Below are positions 1-13,694 of a stretch of DNA of 64,000 nt, in pieces. The stretch lies in contig OZ037766.1 of the NCBI GenBank assembly GCA_964035545.1, positions 31,734,773 to 31,798,772 on the forward strand. The letters are read 5' to 3'. How positions within the stretch are numbered: the first letter of the stretch is position 1; each line of letters begins with the position of its first letter. The stretch is from Bugula neritina. Its lineage: Eukaryota; Animalia; Bryozoa. Below the pieces are notes generated by a model, which saw only the letters and a list, made by a program, of their open reading frames with translations, was not told the DNA's origin and did no database searches. The position numbers were made by a program, and so were the translations under genes.

Positions 1-443
1 TAGCTTTAAGGTGCTCACTACTATGAACTGAGATTCATGAATACTTGACTTAGTTGACTTACTTGAAGATGCAATCACGTTAGACCACTAGATTAGTGTA
101 AGCGGCGTGCCTCGTTTGGTGAACAGAATTATTAAATGCAGTTAATACTTTTATCACATAAGTGCAGTTCTATTTTAAAACTTTGGTGCCAGTACAGGGC
201 CTTATGAGGCTTGTCTGTGAGCAGCATTTGATGCTATTTTCTTATGACTTATTGTTCTGGGTAGGAAGCTGTTATGAAATAGTGAGGTGTTAGTTCTAAA
301 AGTGGTGGGCATGCCATTTGACTGGGACCTGGTGGTAACTGATGTAGTGGGCTGATCGATGAGGTGTTCATACGACTTTGAGAGTGAAGGATGATATTCC
401 TCTTTGGCCAACATCTTTTTATTATAATTCCTCTACAAAATAA

Positions 444-600
444 TAGACTGATTGCTGTCCTTTATTACGTAGAGTTCACTACCTGACTACAAAGTAATAA
501 ATAGGCTGATTTCTGCCTTTTATTATTTAGCGTCCACTTCTTTACTCTACAGAGTAGTAGACTGATTGCTGCCCTTTATTATGCAGGGTCCACTACCCAT
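444..600 (+). repeat. Three degenerate ~57-bp tandem copies of the RTK 3' splice site plus exon start
   Basis: tagactgattgctg(t/c)cctttatta..ag|.gt(t/c)cact recurs with the AG ending at 472, 530 and 586. Confidence 0.7.
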
Positions 601-2928
601 AAAATGGATGGCACTAGAGTCTCTAACACACAAAGTGTTTAATGTAAGAACAGATGTGTGGGCTTATGGAGTCACAGTGTGGGAGTTATTTTCCCTGGCT
701 GCTACACCGTATCCTGGCTGGGAGACAGACGGGAACTTTGTGATAAAGTTACAAAATGGATGTAGGATGGAAAGGCCTGAGCACTGTCCCAAGGCAATGT
801 TAGTATTTCCTCTGAAACTACTTGAAGTGAGAGATGGATATTATAAAGTAGACGTGAGATAAAAAATTTTGTGAATAGAAGAAATAAGAAGAACGAAAGT
901 TGGAAGTTAGATTACAGTCTTATGTGCTCTGGTTTTATACAACTGTACATATAAGTACACTTCTACACAACAGAGCCAATTTTTCAATTTCTTCTACATA
1001 AATGACAAACTTAGCTTACAGTTGAATGGACAGGCATTCAATTTTAGCCTTAATCCACAGCGTTATTTACTTGTATATAGAATTGGCTGGAGAGGGTAAC
1101 TTATAATTTAAAATTATTTAAAATAGACCGACAATTTACATGCAGATTAATTTTTGTTGACGCAGGTAAATGTGAGTGTTTATGTGCTTTGATTTTGTTA
1201 CCTGCAGATATAGAAATGTGCTATTGAAGTGTTGGGAAGACGACCCTGATGTTAGACCTAGCTTTGGAAGTCTTGCAGACTTGTTGAGTGTGGAGATTAC
1301 TCCAATAGAACTAAGGGTAGGAAATCTACTGACTTATTCATACACTATAACGTGGCATAATGTAGCAGGTTTCAGTTTGTACTTGCTTCTGTATTCCCTG
1401 TATTCTGATCTGAGTTGAGACTAGTGCAAGTTCTACTTAATGTTGCTTTTTTATGTTTCAATAAGATTGAGAACATGTATAGCACAGTTTTGGTATAAAA
1501 CTCAAGCTACTAGCTCTTAAAAAAACACAAATTATAACACCAGGCACATTTAACCTGCTAATTCTGATCACAGTGAAAAACTTTAGTCTTAATAGATAGA
1601 GATGGCATTTATATTTTTTGCTAAACATTTACCTCACTTATTTCTACATGACTGTTCTTTTATTTCAAGAAAACTTTTTAACAACTTTTGTTGCAATATT
1701 TTCTTTTCATCTGCAGAGGTTGAAAGATCTAGAAATGCCGTACTTGTTGTCATGGCAAAGCAGAAGGCGACACATAAAGATTCCTCCAGTCAAAAAGACG
1801 TCAGTTGATAAATTCGAGCCAATCAGGATAGAGAGAGAAAACAATGGGACTGATTACACAGTGAAGTACTACAACATGACGTCTAACCATGCCCAAGGAC
1901 ACCTTCAGGTCAGAGTTCACTCTATACAGATCTTTCTGGTATTTACTAAACATACACTAGTTGTAGAGAAAGTAAACTGCATTGACTTTCTTTGTTGAAG
2001 TGCAGAATATCTAAGCCTACTATGTCAAGGCCAGGTGCAGGTCATTTTGTACACAAGTCGTTTTGTACTCATTTTTTCAAATCGTATCGTGCACATCTGA
2101 TAGGTCATACACATCAATTTAAATGAACTAAAATACATATTTTTGATATTTATTTATTATTTGGTGTATGAGTCATACAGTGCTGCTCACGAGTAACTTG
2201 CACATTTCACAACAGATAATAGATTAACATAAAATTGATTAAAATAAAACTAAAGTATGCATGCTACTTTAATTGCATGTTCCATAATTATATAAAAATA
2301 AATGATAATGCATTTATCATAATAATTATAGTCATAGGACATAGATTAATATAAAACATTAAAGTGTAACAGATACACGCTGGGATGCAATCAATAAGTA
2401 AACTAGTATTATTCAAGTGGTTATCCAGTAGACTAGTCTGAAGTCTAATTTGAAACATTCTAACAAGTTATTGCAGTTGCACTATGTTACTATCATTAGA
2501 TGAGCTTTCAGAGACAATGTATAGAAAGCTTTCAGTTTACTAACTAATCATTCTAGTGAACTGAGGGAATCCCCTCTCTTGTCATTTCACCAGGAGTTGC
2601 AGCTTTACCTAATCTTTGATTCTTATTCAACTAGCAGACATACAGCATGGGTGTCCCTGCCGGGCTAGCCCCAGATCCTCCTATGAGCATTACGAGTGAT
2701 ACGGACAACCTCATCACCTCCCCTGACAACTCTCCAACCTTCACAAGTTCTTCTAGCCCTCCCAGCTACAACTACGTTATGAATGAAAATGGAGATTCTT
2801 CCAGAAATGGTTTAAATACTGACCGCAGGAGCCAGCAAGCTTTTGTATATCCCAATCTGAGTGAGCATGCTCCAACCTTGGCAGACGGAGAGCAAACACC
2901 TGGATGTGAGACAGTCTCTGTGGTGTGA
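587..2928 (+). CDS. Receptor tyrosine kinase, PDGFR/VEGFR (Pvr)-like; last four coding exons (5' part lies outside the window)
   Basis: Exons 587-798, 1208-1316, 1717-1908 and 2635/2638-2928 join with consistent phases. Kinase subdomains VIII-XI are visible: LPIKWMALES, DVWAYGVTVWELFSLAATPYPG, GCRMERPEHCP, CWEDDPDVRPSF. The PYPG..D..F...L..G.RM..P pattern resembles VEGFR/PDGFR. The C-terminus ETVSVV* fits a class I PDZ-binding motif. Confidence 0.85.
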
Positions 2929-4580
2929 AAACCCACGCATTTGTAGTGTGGTGTGACAATAATAGTTTTTGTAGCGTGGTGTGACAATAATAGTTTTTGT
3001 AGCGTGATTAGATAAAGCTCATAGCTGTTTTAAAAGCTTGTTGAAATGCTATATCCTCTGTAAATAATGCAATGCTCATTTTATTGTGTTGAATGCTTAT
3101 TTATATACAAGACAATTTAGTTCTTAACATTTTGAAGCAGTATAGTGTTTGATGAAAACATTATGAGAAATCATGTAGCTCTTGTAGGACAAAGGTAGGT
3201 AAATAGATTGGCACATTTTTAGAGCCAACAACATTTAATGAAGGCTGTCACAAAGATCAAGTATAAATTTAGTGATTTTTATTTTCTGCTTCCAAACTTG
3301 AATAATATTTAGAAAAACTAAACTATAAGCCAGTCACGAATTTTTGTATTGAAGTGGAAGCAAAGCAAGTACTAGTGGTTTGGGTGTGACCTTGAACTAT
3401 AACAGTTTTATTTGGGCGTGGCTTAGTTGTATAGAGTTGAATAGAGTTTTACTCACTCACTTTTCATTTTTACACAAATCATTTGTTGTATTATATATAT
3501 AATAATATAATATGAAAGTGGCTAAATATTAGCATTCATATTAGTTATACATTATTCTGTAATCTATATACTCATGAATTAACTACAAATCAATCAATCT
3601 GAACCTACTTGTACTGGCATGGCAATCTTTTCAAACAATCTATGATATTCTTTATATTGTTATATATGATAATTTTATATTGTTCATTATAATTATTTGC
3701 TAACTTAAAACATATTTAATATATCTTTATATTGGCTGCTGATATTTCATGTATATTGAATGAAGTTTCATGATTATACTGTAAGCAACCAAATCAATGC
3801 CTACATATTGTGTGTATATAAATAAATTCGTATATCATATATAATATCTACATTCGTGTATATACATAGATATCTGTGTTGTATATAATATCTATATAAC
3901 ATAGATACAAGCTATACACATATGCTGTCTATATAATACTGATGTTATGCAAAGGTATGTTTTATTAAACATTTCAGAATAATAATATAAAATATTTGAA
4001 CTACTGATTTGCCAATAGGAATAACATTGCAAGGTTACTGCAATTATCTCTACACAAGCTTGGACTATATATATGAGCACTCTGTGAAATGCCAAGGTAT
4101 GACTCAATCAGACCACCAGTGTAGAACAAAGTCTGTCATGTTAGGCAGGTGCTTTTGTCACATGGACAACAGCTGCTAAATGAACCTTCCCATGATGCAA
4201 CAGTTAACTCCTTGGGTGAGTCATAAAACTCAAATCTCCATTAGTGGTTAAATTTGTTTAATAAGTTTGGTGAATCACAGAGGGTTGAGATATGTAATAC
4301 GTTTTTATTAAATAATGCAAAATTAAAATAAAATAAACAAATAAAATTGGGAAATGACAAATAAATAGGTCACTAGGCTCTACAAAAATAAATAGTTCAA
4401 ATTAGACAGAATTTAGCAAAGAATTAATCCAGTCTAGAGATCATGTAGCAAGTGAGAGATCAGGCATACTTCAATGATGAAAATAATATTCAAATTCTAA
4501 ATACATTGAACATATATTTTGGTAACGTCGGCAGGTCTTGTAGTCAATTGCTGCCTTTATGGAAAGACAGGGTATTCTTG

Positions 4581-7500
4581 TTAGAGAAGGCTGACTCTCA
4601 TAGCCTCGTCTTGCATAATCAATAACTCAGTCTCTTCAAAGTCATCCATCATACTCTCTCTAGATAAGAAATAATTATAGCACAGTGGAGTACTATAGAT
4701 AACACTGTAACCACACTGTAGTTTAGATTAATGCAACTGTGTTGAAACAGGATACAGTTTATAAATAAACATAATTGAGCTAAACATGTCCCTGGGATCA
4801 CGTACTTCATAAGTTACAGAACATATATTTTCTACAGATCAAAATAATGTAACTGAAATCTAAAAATAAAATTAAGCTTTAGCAAAATTTCATAAGTATA
4901 ATATTTTGAAATAAATTGTGTTAATGAGAGAATAACTCCTAATTTTCAAGCTGAAAATGTTATCAAGGTTAAAGCGAGCACTACTTTAATATCAAATTCA
5001 AAACACAAGTTTTCAACTGGAAACATAACTAGTAAATATAATTTAGTAATAATAGGTCTTGCTAAAAATGCTATACTTAGATATGAAGACTAAGAGCTAC
5101 AGTAGAATAATGGCTATATAATATACCTCAGTCTATCAATATCCCGGTGAGTATCAGGAGTAGTAGTCCTTGACCTTGATGTTATTTCATTGTCCTCTAC
5201 TTCTGTATCTCCCTCAAGAACAATCTGTGATACCCGTCCATCAGCTAAACCAGGTCAAGTCGTCAGTATATATTAGCATGTAGTAAACCACCGCATGTAG
5301 TCACAGTATATCATATTACTAACTAGTACATCATATTACTAACTAGTACATCATATTACTAACTAGTACATCATATTACTAACTAGTACATCATATTACT
5401 AACTAGTACATCATATTACTAACTAGTACATCATATTACTAACTAGTACATCATATTACTAACTAGTACATCATATTACTAACTAGTACATTATATTACT
5501 AACTAGTACATCATAGTACTAACTAGTATATTATATTACTAACTAGTACATCATATTACTAACTAGTACATCATATTACTAACTAGTACATTATATTGAT
5601 AACTAGTACATCATATTACTGACTAGTATATTATATTACTAACTAGTACATCATAGCACTAACTGAGAATATACACGGTAATACTACCTAGTTCTTGGGT
5701 ACCTTGCAAACAGACTGCATTTTACACCAACATTGAATATAGGAGCAAATACCACCTGTTAGTCTGCCGGTCTGTGAAGCCAGTTCAAGTTCAAGGTCAT
5801 TCATAGCATTTATGTCATCGTCATTCTGACTGGCTAAGGGTAATATGATGTCATCGTATCGCGTCATATCGTCACCGTCAACCACTAAACAAGCCTTTCA
5901 GATTTTAGAAGAGTGGGAAGAAAACTCCCAAATTTCATGCAGAGTTTGGATTTTTACCACAACAACATAATGAAGTTAGCACTTAGTAACTCTAAAATCA
6001 CTGTAAATACAAATTATAAATTACTCAATGTGCAGAAATAAACTAGTTACACAGATAGTAATGAGAAATTTTTTTTGACAAATTGAGAATATTACTCTGT
6101 GAACAGATAACTCCAAACTGTACTGAGCCTACCTATAGGAGTGTGAGTGCGATTGGGAGTTGTGCTTCTTTCAGTGATTTTATTTGCTAGTATTTGAGAA
6201 CTTTCTCTACGAGCAGACGGAGGACGCACAGGGAATAGAGTGACAGAATCACCTTGACCTTTAGAAGGTACCTGTCGTCTCCTAGGTGTATAGCTGTGAT
6301 TCCTGGAGCCAGGTCGACTCGTATTGACAGAATCTCTGACTGTCGGTGACTCACTCACAGGAGAAGAGAGTCGCTCAGCCAATGACTGGATGATGGGCTG
6401 AGTAACACTCTCAATCCCTCTAGTAGTACTAGTAGAATCTCTACTAGCTGAGTACGAGTATTTGATCACAGTTTGCTCAGCCATGACATGGCCTTCAGTG
6501 GTATCAGACTTTTCCAGTAATATCTGTTGTTGAAAAATAAATTTAAGGTTAATTAAAATCTTATTTTCACACTTCTTTAGCAAGAATAATTGAGCGATGT
6601 TATAAAAAACTACTCAATCACTGAGATTAAACTTATAATTTTACTGCTTATCGCTTAAAATTAAAAGATTAGTCAAATTAGCTAAATTAGCTAAATTAGA
6701 TTCAACAAATTTGTAATTAGAGATGAAATCATTTTAAAAATTCATAGCTTGAATAAATTATTATTCATGAACACAACTTTGGAGATATTTTAAGTTGTGA
6801 CATCAAATACTTTACAGAAATGACCTGATTTTTAGAGGCTTCCTCCAACGTATGAATTAGCACAGAATCTTCAACATTGTTGCCAAGGCTACTGTCTGGC
6901 CGCCATGTCTTCCCACTTAAGGAGTAAACTAAAAACCAGGAACAAAAGCTAAATATAATACAATATTCTAAACATTTGGCCTTTTACACAGTTTTTAAAT
7001 ACAATCTCAATTGCATTTTTGATACAGAACAAAGCACCAAAATATGGTTTGAAAAAATTATTTTATCCTTTTACACAGACAACTATCATATAGCTTGAAA
7101 CAATTAGCATTAGCAATCTATAAAATAGATGTACTACTTAGTTAGTGGCAGTTACTAATTTTGAGTAATTAGTAATTAAAAATACTTAGTCATTACTAAT
7201 CACTAATGTTTAGCTATCAATTAGTAGTATAAGCTGTATATTAAACAGCTTAAAAATTACAAAATGTTTCATGTTTACTGATTCTTTTAAAGAAAAGTAA
7301 ACCTCGACACACACTTTTGTTACTCATCTGATGCTTTTTCATAGGAGTTCCAGGTGACAGCGGTTTTTCTTTTCTCGGTGTGAGAGTTCTTTCTTGAACA
7401 ACTTTCTTTACTCCAGCAGTAAAGAAATCACCTAAACCATCCATGTAACTAGTGGAATTAGCATAGACTAAATTCTCAGAGTTCTTATACCTGGCCAACA

Positions 7501-10500
7501 GATCCTTCATAGCAGAAGACGGGCTCTTAGTAAGGGTTCCTTCACTAAAATTTGACACAATTGAAGAACTTGCGCTATTTCTAATAAAATTATTACGTAA
7601 ATTTTATTGGAAATAATACAGCAATATTCAACAACATAGCAATATAGTAACATACCCGTAAGTATCGGCAGCCTTCTCAGCAGCAGTCCGTGGTCTCCTT
7701 GACCGATGAAAAGAAGTATTGGCCCTACTAGCTGGTCTATCGGCCCTACTAGCTGGTCTGTTGGCCCGACTAGCTGGTCTATCAGCCCGACTAACTGGTC
7801 TGTCAGCCCGACTAACTAGTCTGTCAGCCCGACTAACTGGTCTGCCAGCCCCACTAACTGGTCTGTCAGGCCTACTAGCTGGTCTGTCAGAATGAACCGT
7901 TGATTTCTTAGCTGTTAGCTCATCCTGACCCACTGTTTGTTTAGCTCTGCTCACTGCACGACTAAAACTTTTGCTGCCTTCAACAACTGATGACTTTCGA
8001 GTATCCGCCACACTTCCTACTAGGAAATCCGAAAGAAATAAAGAAATTAGAAAAATTAGTGATAGCGGTAGTGAAAGTAGTAATAGTAGGACTAGTTCTA
8101 ACAGCAGCAGCACGCAGTACATTTTACTCACAATATAATTCCAATTCAAGATTCTGACTTCTCAATAACTTTAAGAGAAATTATAATTTGAATGAAAATA
8201 TAAAACTTTTATATGCTGAGCTTATATACCACATAAAACAATAGCAAATTATTATTAGTTGTATGAACACAGCCACTCGAACAGCTTCTTTTCAAGTCAA
8301 TGAATTTCCCTATTGAACACACTGATGGCTATTATACTAAACCTACGCGTGGCTGTGACATCACTTCCTGTCGTCTCAACAGAGTCGGTCACATCAGTTA
8401 TTTGCAAACTAGAGCTAGGCTTGCTGGCTGGTGACCTAAAACATGACACAAACAGTTAGAACTCCTATCAGCGACTCCAAATGTTAACTAGTTTGACAGG
8501 AAGTACAACTGCATGTGTGTGAAATCATTCAGACTTACAGTAAAGCAGGAGTGACTACGGATTTGTGGAAAAAAGCCGTGCGAGCAGGAACCACTGTGGG
8601 GTACACTCTGTAAATGATAATATTGAAAAATAAATCAAAATGATAACCTGATCAAGAAATAAAGAGGTGAAATAGCTAAGGAAATCAAAAGACACTGAAA
8701 GTTGAAAGCAATTCATGTTGCAAATAAACTATTTTCTCACACTTACAAATAAACATTTTGCATAGAAAAGTATATTTACTTGTTTGGCTGAGTGGAAAGT
8801 GAACTAGCGTCTTCTGATACAATATAAGAACTTTCCGTATCAGCAACTGTATCGTCCATCTTGAATAAAAAGTGACAAAAGATGAGTGAATTATGCATGA
8901 AAAAAGGCTACTAAATTGTCACAAAAATAAAATATACGCTTAAGCATTAAGTTTTAAAACAGTCTGAACTGCTGTACAAACCCGTGTACAAACTGAAGTA
9001 CATATCTGTGAACGAGATTAGGAATGAACTTGTGTACTGGAGTACATAAAGTTACCTCTTCTACACTGACTTCCTGTATGTCAACTATAGTTGCTGCGTT
9101 ACTGGAGCTTCTTTCTACCAGATCAGGTTCTTGTAAAGACTGTTTAACGGTTGCTAAGATACGATCAAATGACACAACTTCCTCTGCAATATCTTCTTTG
9201 GAGTTGTCTACAAAAACAAAATTGAAAGTGCTACTTTTTAGCAAAATATTTGTTGCTTAATAAAAATAACAAAATAATAAAATTTTAAAAAGAGAAAATT
9301 ACACAGATGCCAGTCAAAATAGCCGACCCATTCTTTTAAAATAAGATATTTACTAAAATACCGTACAAAGTACAAATATTGTATCAAACATTATATTACA
9401 GCTCCAACTATAAGCTACCAGTAATCCATAACCATGCTGTAGTTTAGTCAATGCTCATCATATCTTGCATTGAATACAGGATTCATTAGAATGTAAAGTT
9501 TCCAACACTTTACCTGCAGCTGCATTCACAGCTTCTGTAGTCTGAGACAGAGGTTGACCAATCAGTGAAGGAATATCAGAACGTCTGTTTCTTTTGAGTA
9601 GTAACTTTTCAGCATAACTTAGCTCAGAACTATGAAACTTAGGCTGATATGTTGTGGAAGGCTTAGTTGAGCCACCCATAGTGCTGGTACCTTCATCCAC
9701 ATTCACTCCTAGAACACAGTCTTACCATTGAGAAAAGTTTCCAAACTCCCTTTTCAGTCAAACTTGAGTCTTATATCAAATCATTCATAAATGAATAAAG
9801 AAAAACAATTTAAGTAAAAATATCTAAAGTAAAGCTTACTAGGAGTGCTAACAGGGGAGACGACTGTGTTGCTAGGACGTTGAGTAGGACGTGTAGAAGG
9901 CTGTTTAGTCTCTCTAGAAGAAGTGAGAACAGTTGGTTTTATAGGACTAGGATCAGTGTTTTCTTTTCTCCACTCTGCAAGAGCTTGTTGGAACGACTGG
10001 GCAGCCTCATTCTCATTGTATTCCCCATCGAGTAAAGAATTTGTTGGTGCTTTCGATTTGCTACTTTCTGCTTTATTGTGCGACGGAGAAATTACCTGAA
10101 TAAAGAATAATAAGCATCATATCATGTAATGAGTGAAATAATAAAGTTCTATCAACTGTCAATCTATTTCAAGATGGAAGCACTAAATCTAATCCCCTTA
10201 TAATCAGTACTGTCCAAGGAGTGACTAAATTTAAATGAAAATACAAAACTTCAGAACAATATAATAATACATAAGTAATGGTTATGACATTTTTATGACA
10301 CAATTGTGCATTTTCATTCTAACCTTACGAGAGCGAGAGGTGCCCATAGCTTCCTGTTGCTCCCAAATAATCTTTGTTGGAGGAGGTAGTATATGATCTC
10401 CCGACCCTGTGACATCTTGTATAGGGGCAGAAGGAGTACTACCACCTAATAAAAAATGCCGTGAACTTCACAAGAAAATACAAAAATCAATTTTTTTATC

Positions 10501-12070
10501 AGTTTAATTTGAAATAGATTTTAAACATACCGCGGGGAGTAGAGGAAACGATTTTGGAGACTGGCACAGAACGGTGTTTGGCTAGAGCACCCTTCAAGTG
10601 AAATGCAGTGAAACAACCGGAGCAGTACAATTCAGAGCACTCTTGGCAGGTCTGTAATAATATACAAGTACAAAGCTTGGCAGGTCTGTAACATTATACA
10701 ATTACAAAGCTTGGCAGGTCTGTAATATTATACAATTACAAAGCTTGGCAGGTCTGTAACATTATACAATTACAAAGCTTGGCAGGTTTGTAGAGAACAA
10801 CTAGCAAATGATTTGTAGCAATGTAAAGTACATTTAAACATGAATTAAAAATTTAAAAAATAAAAACTCAAAATAAACGTTTTGATGGAAATAGGAACTT
10901 ACCACCGCTGCAGTTTTTATTTCACACTGACCACAAAGAGGGCCGTTCTGACGTAGCCCTGGTTTACTGTTATCTCTCTGCGCAAGGAAGGCTAAGGTGC
11001 CAGGCTGTGGCTTCTCCTTGACCTTTGATGATGTCACAAGTGGCTCATCTTTCAAAACCTTAACTTTACGGCTTTTACTTGAATTCTGTAAAAAATTATA
11101 TTCATATTATCAAAGTTAAAATTATAATATTAACTTTTGATCTATTTCCAACTTTTCTGCAAAAATAAAAAACTTTTCACTACAACTAACAAACTTAATC
11201 AATAACGATTAGAAAAACAGTATAAGAAATTCATAAGCAAGTAGCAACTATTTAAGAATTATGAGATAGTTGTAAATGTGTAAGAACATTGCAGCAGCCA
11301 TTCATCATATTTACTCAGTATTTTTTCAACAGGGTAATAATCTGAGACCAAGCAATTGAGTTGAATCAACAAAAATAATCTGTTTCATCTTTCTAACATC
11401 TGATGGCCCTCAACAACTATGATCAAATAGATACGTGAGATAGTGAATTGAAGTATCAACTAATATAACACATACTGCACTCTTTGACTTGGTTCCTTTA
11501 CTAAGTACTTCCTTTGCATGGGTGTTGAGACTTCCTTCTTTGCCAGACTTCCAGTGTCCGCCCCCTCGCTGCCTACCAATGGAATAAGAAAATGACACAT
11601 TACACTTTGAACCTTTTAAAAACAATAACTATAACCTGCAAAACTATTTGATATTATAGATATTTATAGTTACATATAAAACATATGTAGATCATAGAAA
11701 ATTAATAAAACTCAAATCTAGTCTGAAGTTTGAGATGCCTTACTCTCTCTGCTCTTTTTCCCTGTTCATTGCGAGTTTTAGTTCCCTGAGACGATCTTCC
11801 ATCTTTTTACTTTCTTCTTCCAGCTGCTTAGTTCGTCCTTGAACATCTTCTGTTCTCATGTTTCTAAAGATGGAATGAGTTTTAAATGCGGGCAGGACAA
11901 TGTAGAAAATTTATTAAAAAAGTGAAATAAATATTCCAAATATAATGAGAGATATGAAAACCAAAGAAAACAGTTGTTTAAACACAAAATTTAAACAGAA
12001 AAACAATTATTACTCACGCAACACGAAGCTTCATCGAAACAGGGTCTTTTCTTGTAGATGCATAAGACAT
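4581..12070 (-). CDS. ZBBX: Zinc finger B-box domain-containing protein (multi-exon)
   Basis: ATG at 12070 (MSYASTRKDPVSMKLRV). N-terminal coiled coil KQLEEESKKMEDRLRELKLAMNREKEQRE, then GGHWKSGKEGSL. The B-box CGQCEIKTAAV|TCQECSELYCSGCFTAFHLKGALAKH matches the ZBBX signature. LLDGEYNENEAAQSFQQALAEWR is also ZBBX-like. A long low-complexity C-half ends DDFEETE...VSLL* at 4581. Internal exon boundaries are not all resolved. Confidence 0.88.
5311..5663. repeat. 20-bp minisatellite (catattactaactagtacat)n, about 17 copies, intronic in ZBBX
   Basis: Directly visible tandem array. Confidence 0.95.
7715..7890 (-). repeat. 21-bp coding tandem repeat (RP[A/V]SRA[D/N]) in a ZBBX exon, about 8 units
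   Basis: Translation DRPASRPDRPVSGAGRPVSRADRLVSRADRPVSRADRPASRANRPASRADRPASRAN. Confidence 0.85.
10642..10790 (-). repeat. 34-bp tandem repeat that duplicates the acceptor of the ZBBX B-box exon
   Basis: Unit cttggcaggtctgtaa..ttatacaattacaaag. Minus-strand CAG acceptors fall at 10652, 10686, 10720 and 10754. Confidence 0.9.
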
Positions 12071-12499
12071 TTTTTCTTCGAATATCTGGTAAACACAAAA
12101 ATTGCTATAACCAAAAATTGAAATTAGGTTGAATTTTACAAAGACTATAAAACAATGTACTATAATCACAGATTTTTAACAAGTTAAATTTAATGCAAAA
12201 TCTAAAACAAGCAAATCTAAAAGACATGTGATAAAAATATTTTCAACATTCTGCAAAAATTTGGGTGAGTCAAAACGACAGTGAAAATGATAAAAAGTTG
12301 TTAATACTAATACTTAAACTATACTAACATCATAATTATTTACAAAAAATGAAATAAAAATACAGATATAATAATTTGATTATGACAATGTAAAATCAAA
12401 ACAAATTGATTAAAATTAAAGCAAATAAAATTAAATAATTATAAATTCATAGCTTCAAGTTTTAGTTTAACTTTAACTGAATACAGAATACTGAATAGT

Positions 12500-13000
12500 T
12501 TTAACAACTCGTACTAAAACTATTAAAACAGTTGTACTTATATAGGCTTACGGTTCACACTAATATTTGCCTCAAATAGTTTACACATTTTGAACTGAAG
12601 AAAAAAAAATTCTAATAACTGTATTCTGATAAAAATGATTAAAGCCCCATCAATGTGAACAGATGCCAACATTTGTAGCATTCTAGTTGCTGTGGCATTA
12701 CAATATGGCGAATTGTTCTTTTGTGCCGGAGATACATTAGCTTTTACAAGGATAGTTACCACTGCTCTCTTTTATGTTATTTTGTAGTAAAGTATTTACG
12801 GAAACCTACAGTTGCTACGGGACGTCAGGGTTGATTTTGCATTATGTTACACTATTGGCTAATAAATAACCTTTGTTTCGGAATTTACCGCTTCTCTTTA
12901 AAAGGTACATCCGTAAAGATTTTGGTTTCGTGTAAGTCCAACTCAAAGTGTATAAAAGTAAAACATGTTTTTTCAGATTTGCTTATGTTAGATGACTTCG
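12500..13000. promoter_or_regulatory. Probable bidirectional promoter between ZBBX and the ZDHHC gene; degenerate X-box-like gttgctacgggac at 12811
   Basis: The start codons (12070 -, 13695 +) are divergent and about 1.6 kb apart. The region is locally richer in CpG. The X-box match is weak. Confidence 0.35.
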
Positions 13001-13694
13001 ATACTCAAATAGAAGTTCAATGGCAAATATTTCTTTATATCAGACTAGCATCTGATAGTTATTGCTAAAAAGTTTATGTTTTTTAGTATTTAAACCTAAG
13101 TGCTCAAAATTTCAGTCAAAATCAAAATCACAAATGATAAGTGATAACACTTTGAGTTTGACTTATACTATACTATAAATTATAGTTATAAGTTATAGTT
13201 ATACCTAATGAGGTAACACTAACAGTATCAGTATAATTATCATTATGATTATGAGCATGAGTCGGAGTAACACTAACACCGATCGGTGATCACTATCACT
13301 GCGGCTGTTACATATTTACTATATTAGTATTATCGATTAGTAATACTAATAGTTAAGGCTAATACTTTTTGCCATCGGGAATTAAATTAGAGTTTGATTT
13401 ATTTAGTAAGTTGTGTAGTATAGTTATATTCTGATGTAAATAATAAATTTATGACCATGTTTCTACTTTTTTATGTTTAAGTTGTTAAATTTAATCATTA
13501 GCTGAATAACTAACAGTCATACTAATAGTAATGGTAATAGAACACAGATATCTATGCAGAAGCACTCAAGTTTATGATATAATTATATTCATTGTCAAAA
13601 ATTACAGAGATTAATTATGCAAAGCTAAATAATATTTTGATGATTTATCATCAGTTATAATTAATTTAATTTTTTTTTAGATTTAGAGTCGACA

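Noticed and set aside
587-2928. The RTK kinase as the missing kinase of the EGFR-like genes
   Set aside because: It lies upstream, is separated by other genes, has PDGFR/VEGFR-like rather than ErbB-like motifs, and has its own stop codon.
5311-5663. Regular arrays (20, 23 and 34 bp) as possible CRISPR-like structures
   Set aside because: Head-to-tail repeats with no unique spacers and no cas genes, in a eukaryotic intron or intergenic context.
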